This document shows, in pieces, positions 31,407-39,251 of a stretch of DNA of 64,000 nucleotides; the first letter of the stretch is position 1, and each line of letters starts with the position of its first letter. Source of the stretch: Candidatus Aenigmatarchaeota archaeon (GTDB taxonomy: Archaea > Aenigmatarchaeota > Aenigmatarchaeia > GW2011-AR5); contig JACQID010000004.1 of NCBI GenBank assembly GCA_016198685.1, positions 160,001-224,000 of the forward strand, written 5' to 3'. The translations under genes were made by a program, and so were the position numbers. The notes below the pieces were generated by a model. It saw nothing but the letters and a program-made list of their open reading frames with translations. It ran no database searches and was not told the DNA's origin.

Positions 31407-31684
31407 ATTTCAGCCTCCTTTAAGACGAGATAGTGGTATGGTCGTATCTCCAGCATTCCCATCTGGCGCATAAGCTTTAGGAATTGGAAGTGCGACTTTT
31501 TCGGTATCCGATAAATTGCGCCCAAGATGTGATAAGCCTGCGAGAACTTCAGCTTGCGGTTAGCCGGGTTGTCTTTTGTGGCTTCCTTAAGCAGGCGTTC
31601 GTGAACATTGACAAGATACTGCCGGGGCAATCCGTCACACTTAAGAGCCGTCAGTGTATTCTTCTTCATAGTTAAGACCGTCAC
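31403..31684 (-). CDS. Small wHTH-like protein (start may be ATG 31669)
   Basis: LKFSQAYHILG...FLKLMRQMGMLEI. Confidence 0.6.
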   Translation of the reverse strand: MTVLTMKKNTLTALKCDGLPRQYLVNVHERLLKEATKDNPANRKLKFSQAYHILGAIYRIPKKSHFQFLKLMRQMGMLEIRPYHYLVLKEAEI

Positions 31685-31791
31685 GAGGCTTTCTCTTGGT
31701 CTCCTTCAGCCATCCCTGAAGGAGCGCCATTGTTTTCTCCATGCCGTCATAGAGGTTACGCCGGTTTTAAGATGTTTTTCACACAAATCTG

Positions 31792-32571
31792 TTGATGGAA
31801 GATTTGCTAAAGGGTTTACCTCCAGATGGCGAAAAAGAAGTAGCTAATCATTTTCTGAAATATGGAAAGTGGATAGGCAACGGAGTAGAAGCCAAAAGAG
31901 TGCGAGAGAGGGCAAACAAAGAAAATATCATAAACTGCCTTAAGGATATCAGGCTTCTGCTTAAATTTGTAAAATCTTCAGAAAGGGATGAAATAGAAGG
32001 GGAAATTTTGAGGCTATTTGTGGTAGCAAACGAAAGCGAACTTCTAAGGAAGTTAAGATATGACCCAAAGTCTATGTTTAACATAGACCGCAATATGAGA
32101 ATGACACCTGCAGAAACGCTTACTTCTGTGCTGATAGATGTTGGAATTGACGACCCGCAAGTCAGGGTATACATAAAATTAAAATTATACAAAGACTTAC
32201 AAACCGACATAAAAGCGGTTACAATGTTTAATCAAATGAGATATGATAAAAAATACACACGACTTAAAAATGTCTTTCTGAAAGTAGTTGACGACATGAT
32301 AGCCAATGGCATGCCAAAGGCGCCATTGCCTAAAGATGTGCAAAGGCATATACTCAACAAGCTTATTTGGACATATAATCTTTTGGAGTTGTCGGACGAT
32401 AAGAAATTTGTTTACCTTACGCCTATAGGAACAAGTCTTTACCACCCTCTTGAATTACAGAAAAAATGGACGAAACCACTGAAAAGGTTTGACAAAGATG
32501 CTTTTGATTCTGGTTTAAGAGCCGCCATTGAAAAGTATCTGCAAGAAATAGGAAAAAATAGTATAAATTGA
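31792..32571 (+). CDS. Hypothetical protein, possible C-terminal wHTH
   Basis: 259 aa ORF divergent from the previous pair; YNLLELSDDKKFVYLTPIG resembles a wing. Confidence 0.65.
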   Translation: MMEDLLKGLPPDGEKEVANHFLKYGKWIGNGVEAKRVRERANKENIINCLKDIRLLLKFVKSSERDEIEGEILRLFVVANESELLRKLRYDPKSMFNIDRNMRMTPAETLTSVLIDVGIDDPQVRVYIKLKLYKDLQTDIKAVTMFNQMRYDKKYTRLKNVFLKVVDDMIANGMPKAPLPKDVQRHILNKLIWTYNLLELSDDKKFVYLTPIGTSLYHPLELQKKWTKPLKRFDKDAFDSGLRAAIEKYLQEIGKNSIN

Positions 32572-32617
32572 AGTGCGGCGCCCAGTCCGCCCTTTAGTAG
32601 GAAAAATCCGTCACATT

Positions 32618-33103
32618 ATGACTATTCAAGAAGCTATCATAGACAGAAGGCGTAAAGTCCTGAGCCTTTATATGAATAGATTCACGGTTACCGAAATAGC
32701 CCGCATACTCGGCTGGAACAGGGACACGATAACTGGCGACCTTAACTGGATTCGCCGGGAGCACGAAAACGTAGACCTGAAAGGCGAGAACCCTATTACC
32801 GACTTTCTACTCAGGAACGCCGACCAGTATAAGCGAGCAGTGAAAGAATACAGGCATGCCGATAAGTCAATGGAACGCCTCCATGCCATCCGTATTATGA
32901 AAGAGTTGGATAGGGAAAGAATAGAGACAATCAAAAGTATAGGGATAGAGCTAAAGGTACCACAAACATTGGAAACACTGCGAAAAGAGAGTTTAGCGGA
33001 AATAATACCTAAATTAATGGCAGATATACAAAAAGAGGAAGAGGAATGGCAACGAAAGAGGCAATCCGTCTTAGAAGGCAAAAGGTTCTCGCCCTGTCGC
33101 TGA
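32618..33103 (+). CDS. HTH protein, terminase small subunit-like (paralogue 1)
   Basis: RRRKVLSLY..FTVTEIARILGWNRDTITGDL, followed by a helical region ending RLHAIRIM..L.RER...GI. Confidence 0.6.
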   Translation: MTIQEAIIDRRRKVLSLYMNRFTVTEIARILGWNRDTITGDLNWIRREHENVDLKGENPITDFLLRNADQYKRAVKEYRHADKSMERLHAIRIMKELDRERIETIKSIGIELKVPQTLETLRKESLAEIIPKLMADIQKEEEEWQRKRQSVLEGKRFSPCR

Positions 33104-33492
33104 ACAAGGTCAGCATAGACCAAATAGCCCAAAGGCTCGGCTGGGACAGGCATACCATCTGGAACGACATCGTGGCCACCCGTCGGGAATACGCCAAGAA
33201 GGAGCTGGAAGGCGAAGACCCTGTTACTGACTACCTAATGACGAATGCCGAGCTTTACAGAAAAGTGGCTAAGATAGAGAGGGAAGCCACGGACGACAAT
33301 GTAAGGCTCCGGGCCATAAGGGAGATGCGGGAGCTCCAGAAAGACCGCTTTGAGAAGCTGCTAATTACTGGCATAGTGGACAAGAAGAAACCTGAACTGC
33401 CAGCGAGGAAATATATAATTCAGTGGGAAACTGACCCGAAAGAGAAAATGAAGGAAATTGTAACTGATGCCGAGAAGAGAGGAGAGATATAG
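33046..33492 (+). CDS. HTH protein, terminase small subunit-like (paralogue 2)
   Basis: RRQKVLAL..VSIDQIAQRLGWDRHTIWNDI...DDNVRLRAIREM..LL.TGI, C-terminal YIIQW strand. Confidence 0.62.
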   Translation: MATKEAIRLRRQKVLALSLNKVSIDQIAQRLGWDRHTIWNDIVATRREYAKKELEGEDPVTDYLMTNAELYRKVAKIEREATDDNVRLRAIREMRELQKDRFEKLLITGIVDKKKPELPARKYIIQWETDPKEKMKEIVTDAEKRGEI

Positions 33493-33552
33493 GCACTTTT
33501 CACTTTCTTGACGCTCTCTCAACACATAAAAAGCCTTTTTCCCAGTAATTTT

Positions 33553-34221
33553 ATGGCATTCCAACTCTCTCCTTCTTCTATCAACCTCATGTTTGAATGC
33601 GAAAAATGCTTCTGGCTCCAGATAGTCAAAAAGGTTAGGCGGCCTGCTGGCATATTTCCTTCTCTTCCATCCGGGATGGACAGGATTCTCAAGCAGCATT
33701 TTGACCGCTTCGCAGCCAAAGGCAAACTGCCGCCGGAACTGAGGGACAACGAGCATACAAAAGGCATTGCACTGTTCAGTGATATGGACGCCTTGAACGT
33801 ATGGCGGAATAACAGGAAAGGATTGACCTATACTGACTCTGGCACAGGCATCCTACTCAGAGGAGCAGTAGATAATATTCTGACGAAAGACGGCAAGCTT
33901 ATAGTTCTGGACTACAAAACCCGCGGCTATCCGTTGAAAGACGATACCCATGAACATTATGCCAGCCAGATGCATCTGTATAATTACCTGCTGAAGCAGA
34001 ACGGCCACGATACCGAGGATTTCGCCCTTCTGCTTTTCTATCATCCTAATACTGTAACAGAAGCAGGAGAAGTAATCTTTAACACAGATCTAATAAGAAT
34101 GTCATCAAACGCCCAAGAAGGCGAGAAAATCTTCCAGAAAGCGATAGGCGTCCTGCAAGGAGAGGAGCCGGACGCCTCAAATAACTGCGGATTTTGCGAG
34201 TTTCGGAGTAATGGCAACTGA
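33553..34221 (+). CDS. PD-(D/E)XK nuclease, Cas4/AddB-like, with four Cys
   Basis: LSPSSI..CEKCF, GAVDNI...VLDYKT, QMHLY, CGFCEF. Confidence 0.88.
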   Translation: MAFQLSPSSINLMFECEKCFWLQIVKKVRRPAGIFPSLPSGMDRILKQHFDRFAAKGKLPPELRDNEHTKGIALFSDMDALNVWRNNRKGLTYTDSGTGILLRGAVDNILTKDGKLIVLDYKTRGYPLKDDTHEHYASQMHLYNYLLKQNGHDTEDFALLLFYHPNTVTEAGEVIFNTDLIRMSSNAQEGEKIFQKAIGVLQGEEPDASNNCGFCEFRSNGN

Positions 34222-34311
34222 TTAAACTTAAGACAAACCGTAATTATAGTGATTTAGATAGCAAGGCGAAAAAGTTAAAGGAAGTTTGTAGAGGCTATAG
34301 AAGAGTGAATA

Positions 34312-36330
34312 ATGAGGAGAGCAGAAGTGAATAATTTTCAGGAAAAAGTAACGTTTATTTGGGACTTGGCAGATTTACTGAGAGGAGTTTATAAAAGAAA
34401 CGAATATCAGAAGGTGATACTGCCTTTTACTGTATTAAAAAGATTCGATTGCGTTCTTGCCCATTCAAAAAAGACACTTCTCGAATCTTACAACAAATAT
34501 AAGAACCAGTTTGAAAACTTGGAGCATATTCTTCAGGATTCTGCCAAAGATAAAGACGGAAATCCTCTTGGCTTTTACAACTATTCAAAATACGATTTTA
34601 GAACGTTGCTAGAAGATCCAGAGCACATAGAACAGAATCTTTTGCACTATCTTGATTCTTTCAGCAAAAATGTTCAGGATATATTTGAGAACTTCTCCAT
34701 AAAAACCCATATAGCCAATTTAGCCAAGTCTGACTTACTGTTTATTTTAATCAAAAAGTTTTCAGACTCAAAAGTTGACTTGCATCCAGATATTGTTTCT
34801 AATCATGAGATGGGCATGATTTTTGAGGAACTGATACGAAAATTTGCAGAACAATCCAACGAAGAAGCAGGAGAACACTTTACGCCAAGAGACGTTGTTG
34901 AAGTGATGACTAAACTTATTTTTGTAGAGAATGGAGTTCATCTGAAGAATAAAGACATTATTAAGACAGTTTACGACCCAGCATGTGGAACAGGAGGTAT
35001 GCTGACAAGCTGCAAGGAGTTTATCAAAAAGCTGAATAATTCTGTTGAAATTGTTTTGTATGGGCAAGAAGTCAATCCAGAGATATACGCAATATGCAAG
35101 GCTGACATGCTAATGAAGGGCGAAAATGACGACAATATTAAAGGAGCTTACAGCACGCTTTCAAAGGACAAGTTCAGAGACATGAAATTTGATTTTATGA
35201 TTTCTAATCCTCCTTACGGTAGAAAATGGGAACAGGATGAAGCAGATGTAATCAAAGAAGCTGAAAGAGGCTTTGAAGGAAGATTTGGAGCAGGACTTCC
35301 ACGTATAAACGACGGGCAACTCCTCTTTTTACAACACATGGTTTCAAAAATGAAAGTCAAGGAAAAATCAAGAATCGCTATTATTACAAATGGCTCTCCT
35401 TTATTTACAGGCGATGCTGGTTCTGGGGAAAGCGACATCAGAAAGTGGATGATTGAAAATGATTATATTGCTCTTCCAGACCAGTTATTTTACAACACAG
35501 CAATAAAAACTTACATCTGGGTATTGACCAACAAGAAGCCAAAAGAAAGAATTGGTAAAATCCAGCTCGTAGATGCAACTTCGAGATTTAAGAAAATGCG
35601 TAAAAGCTTGGGCTTCAAAAGACATATTTTAGGGGAAGACGATATTAAAGAAATACTCCAGTTTTATGAAAAGTTTGAAGCTGGTAAACATGTCAAGATA
35701 TTCAATAATGAGGAATTTGGGTATACTAAAGTAATCATTGAAAGACCCACGCAGTTAAACTACCAAGTCAGTGATGAACGGCTTGAGGATATGTATTCTG
35801 TCAGTGCCTTTGTAAAGCTTGCCGAAAGCAAAAAAGAAAACCCAGAACTGAAACTAAAAGAAGAGGAAGAAGGCAAAAAGAAGCAGAAAGAAATAATAGA
35901 AGCTCTAAAGACAGTCGGCAATAAACTGTATAAAAATTTGGATGAATTTGAAGCGAAGGTAAAACAAGCATTACATATATTTGACTTGAAACCAAACTTT
36001 ATCAAGAGCATAATTTTGGCGTTGTCCGAACATGATGATACAGCAGAATATGTTCTGGACGTCAAAGGCAAAAGACAGCCTGATTCTAACCTACGGGACT
36101 CTGAAAAAATACCGTTGGGGCAAGATATAGAGAAATATTTTGTAAAAGAAGTCAAACCATATTACCCAGATGCATGGATGGACAGGAGCAAGGACAAAGT
36201 TGGCTATGAAATAAACTTCACACAGTATTTCTATAAGTATCAACCCCCAAGACCTCTTGAGGAGATAGAAAGAGACATAAAGAAAGTGATTAAAGAGATA
36301 CAGGAACTCATTAAGGAGGATGTTGAATGA
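34312..36330 (+). CDS. hsdM: Type I R-M N6-adenine methyltransferase subunit
   Basis: AGEHFTPRDVV, YDPACGTGGML, NPPY. Confidence 0.97.
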   Translation: MRRAEVNNFQEKVTFIWDLADLLRGVYKRNEYQKVILPFTVLKRFDCVLAHSKKTLLESYNKYKNQFENLEHILQDSAKDKDGNPLGFYNYSKYDFRTLLEDPEHIEQNLLHYLDSFSKNVQDIFENFSIKTHIANLAKSDLLFILIKKFSDSKVDLHPDIVSNHEMGMIFEELIRKFAEQSNEEAGEHFTPRDVVEVMTKLIFVENGVHLKNKDIIKTVYDPACGTGGMLTSCKEFIKKLNNSVEIVLYGQEVNPEIYAICKADMLMKGENDDNIKGAYSTLSKDKFRDMKFDFMISNPPYGRKWEQDEADVIKEAERGFEGRFGAGLPRINDGQLLFLQHMVSKMKVKEKSRIAIITNGSPLFTGDAGSGESDIRKWMIENDYIALPDQLFYNTAIKTYIWVLTNKKPKERIGKIQLVDATSRFKKMRKSLGFKRHILGEDDIKEILQFYEKFEAGKHVKIFNNEEFGYTKVIIERPTQLNYQVSDERLEDMYSVSAFVKLAESKKENPELKLKEEEEGKKKQKEIIEALKTVGNKLYKNLDEFEAKVKQALHIFDLKPNFIKSIILALSEHDDTAEYVLDVKGKRQPDSNLRDSEKIPLGQDIEKYFVKEVKPYYPDAWMDRSKDKVGYEINFTQYFYKYQPPRPLEEIERDIKKVIKEIQELIKEDVE

Positions 36331-36426
36331 TGACAAAAAGACAAACTACCCATAGACAATTAACAAATTTAGCAAGAGGAAGGCAGATATTGTTTCAAAA
36401 TCAATTAAGACGGAGCGGAAAAGAAA

Positions 36427-37710
36427 ATGAAACTCAAAGCCTATTCTAAATATAAGAAATCTGGGATTCAGTGGATTGGCGATATACCTGAAGGCTGGTC
36501 ATTAGAAAGGTTTAAGCTTAGATTTAAAAGTAAAAAAGGAAAAATACCCGATAATCTCGATGTTACCAATGGCGAGGGTTACTTACCCTATTTAAGTATG
36601 GAATACTTAAGGGGCAAAGAAGAAAATGCTCAGTTTTCAAACGATCCTACTGCATTAAAAGTTGAAGACCATGATTTATTGTTATTATGGGACGGATCAA
36701 ATGCAGGGGAATTTATTTCTGCTAAAAAAGGGATCCTATCTTCTACAATGGTGAAACTTAACATACAAAGAATGAATACTCAATATTGCAAATATTTATG
36801 TTCAGGTTTTGAACCCATGCTAAGAGATTTAACTGTTGGAATGGGAATTCCTCATGTAAATGGTGATGTTTTGGGTAATATTCAAATCCCAATTATAGGT
36901 ATTGGAGAACAAAAAAAAGCAACTTCTTTTCTCGACTCCAAAACCTCACAAATCTCCAAAACAATCTCAGCCGACAAACAACTTATAGAGCTTCTCAAAG
37001 AAAAAAGAACTGCTTTAATCAATCACGTTGTAACGAAAGGCCTGAATCCTAAAGCAAAAATGAAAGATTCTGGGATTGAATGGATTGGAGAAGTGCCTGA
37101 AGGGTGGGAAGTTAAAAAAATTAAATTTATTGGAAATATTGTTTTAGGGAAAATGCTTACCGACAAAGAACATGATGGTCATATACAAAAACCATATCTA
37201 CGAGCACAAAATATTCTATGGGAGAAGGTTGATGTTTCTGATGTCAAAGAAATGTGGTTTTCATCTGGAGAGTTAAAAAGATTTAGATTGAAAAATAATG
37301 ATTTACTTGTATCGGAAGGTGGGGAAGCTGGAAGAACAGCTCTATGGAAAGGAGAAATAGATGAATGTTATATTCAAAATTCGGTGCAAAAAGTAACGTT
37401 AGATGAAGGATGTATTCCAAATTATTTTCTGTATTTATTTGAGTCTTATGGTAAAAGGGGCATTTTTGATTCAGTTGTGAGTAGGGTTAGCATAGCTCAT
37501 TTAACAAGAGAAAAACTAAAAGAGATAATTTGCACAGTCCCTCCAAAACAAGAACAAGCCCAAATAGCAAAATTTCTCGACAAAGCAACCTCAAAAATAG
37601 ACCAAACTATCCAGAAAATTGAGGCAAAAATAGAGCTTCTTGAGGAATTTAAAAAATCATTAATACATCATGTTGTTACAGGCAAGGTAGATGTAAGGTG
37701 TGAAATATGA
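36427..37710 (+). CDS. hsdS: Type I R-M specificity subunit
   Basis: Two SGIxWIGxxPEGW repeats, two TRDs, LKEKRTALI and LEEFKKSLIHHVVTGK. Confidence 0.96.
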   Translation: MKLKAYSKYKKSGIQWIGDIPEGWSLERFKLRFKSKKGKIPDNLDVTNGEGYLPYLSMEYLRGKEENAQFSNDPTALKVEDHDLLLLWDGSNAGEFISAKKGILSSTMVKLNIQRMNTQYCKYLCSGFEPMLRDLTVGMGIPHVNGDVLGNIQIPIIGIGEQKKATSFLDSKTSQISKTISADKQLIELLKEKRTALINHVVTKGLNPKAKMKDSGIEWIGEVPEGWEVKKIKFIGNIVLGKMLTDKEHDGHIQKPYLRAQNILWEKVDVSDVKEMWFSSGELKRFRLKNNDLLVSEGGEAGRTALWKGEIDECYIQNSVQKVTLDEGCIPNYFLYLFESYGKRGIFDSVVSRVSIAHLTREKLKEIICTVPPKQEQAQIAKFLDKATSKIDQTIQKIEAKIELLEEFKKSLIHHVVTGKVDVRCEI

Positions 37711-39245
37711 AAAAGAAATTAAAACAAGTCGCTGAACTAGAAAATCAGGAGCAAGAATCCGATTTTTCTGCCATTAGTTCTAAACTAGATATCAAAGAGC
37801 CGACTAAGAGAAAAATGAAAGATGTTCATAGAGATTTTAAAGAGGGCAATATAATTCTCCAACCAGAATTTCAAAGAGATTTTATATGGACAAAAAATAA
37901 GCAAGCGGAATTAATTAAATCTATATGGAGAGGGATTCCTTTACCGATGTTTTATTTTTCAGTAGAGCGTAATGGAAAATTCGAGGTAATTGATGGGCAA
38001 CAAAGATTAACTACTATATTTGGATACATTTCATCTCAACTGATAAAAGACAGAAGGATAAGGGATAAATTAATAAAAAAAATAAAAATTAAAGATGAAA
38101 ATAAAAATAATATTTCCAGAGATGATATAATAAAAAGAGTTCTAGAGGATACAAACATTTATTGCGTAGAAATTCCTGAAGTTGGTTTGAATACAAATGA
38201 TAAGTTTGAAATATTTAGATCGTTAAACCTTGGAGCCACTCCTCTTAAATTTCAAGAAATAAGAAATGCAATTTTTCAAAAAGAAATACCTCATCTTAAT
38301 AAATCATTAAAGAGCGGAGCACAAAAAATAGAAAGATTGACAGGTATGAAAAATTTTAGAATGACTTTTGAGGACCTTGTTTTACGATTTTATATCATAA
38401 ATGAGAAAGGATATGATAAAAGAGTATCTGACCAGCTTAAAAACAATGTTGAGCTAAAGAACATATTTACTGAAGAAAAAATTAAAACAATAAATTCTAA
38501 ATTTAATAGATTTATTAATTATATGAACAAAGTCTTTGGTAGAAAATCCTTTCAAACTTTATCTAAAATAAAAGAAAATAAACGGCTTCCAGATAATAAA
38601 TGGGAGAAACACGCTTTTTCCGCTAAGATTAATCAAGGTTTATTTCACTTGTTTTCATATTATATCCCTAAATATTCTAAGCATCGATTAAATAAAAAAA
38701 GTGATAAAAAGATTAGAGAAGAATTTGTAAAGTTATTAAAAAATTCAAGGTTCCTGAATTTAATAACTGGTTCTGGAACAGATTCTACAAAAAATATTAA
38801 AAAATCGTCATCTCTTTTTGAAAAGTTATTCTTAAATGTATGTTTCGGGGACTGGTACAAAATCGATAAAAGAAATATCCCAAGAGAGCTTAAAACGACC
38901 ATGATAGAAAATGTTCCATTTTGCTATCTGTGTTATGGTAAACTAAAAAGGATTGAACATATAGAAAATTTTTCTGATATTCATGGAGAACACATAAAAT
39001 CTTTCAAAGAAGGGAACAAATCAACTTACAGAAATATTCTCTTAGCCCATAAAAAATGCAACTCTGAAAAGTCTGCAAAACGCCTTGAGGATTACAGAAA
39101 ACAGGATAAATCAATCCTAAAAAGAAAGAAAAATAAACAAAATATTAAAGAATACATAAGGTGTTTAAAAGAATGGAATACATATTACCCACTACACGCC
39201 TACAAAAAATTAGTTAAATATGCTAAGCGAGATAAAAAACTGTGA
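37707..39245 (+). CDS. DUF262 (ParB-like) plus C-terminal HNH nuclease, GmrSD-like
   Basis: PEFQRDFIW, VIDGQQRLTT, LNLGATPL; CYLC..HGEHI...NILLAHKKCNSEK. Confidence 0.88.
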   Translation: MKKKLKQVAELENQEQESDFSAISSKLDIKEPTKRKMKDVHRDFKEGNIILQPEFQRDFIWTKNKQAELIKSIWRGIPLPMFYFSVERNGKFEVIDGQQRLTTIFGYISSQLIKDRRIRDKLIKKIKIKDENKNNISRDDIIKRVLEDTNIYCVEIPEVGLNTNDKFEIFRSLNLGATPLKFQEIRNAIFQKEIPHLNKSLKSGAQKIERLTGMKNFRMTFEDLVLRFYIINEKGYDKRVSDQLKNNVELKNIFTEEKIKTINSKFNRFINYMNKVFGRKSFQTLSKIKENKRLPDNKWEKHAFSAKINQGLFHLFSYYIPKYSKHRLNKKSDKKIREEFVKLLKNSRFLNLITGSGTDSTKNIKKSSSLFEKLFLNVCFGDWYKIDKRNIPRELKTTMIENVPFCYLCYGKLKRIEHIENFSDIHGEHIKSFKEGNKSTYRNILLAHKKCNSEKSAKRLEDYRKQDKSILKRKKNKQNIKEYIRCLKEWNTYYPLHAYKKLVKYAKRDKKL

Positions 39246-39251
39246 AGAAAA

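Noticed and set aside
33553-34221. CRISPR-Cas locus suggested by the Cas4-like gene
   Set aside because: No repeat-spacer array, cas1 or cas2 seen anywhere in the window
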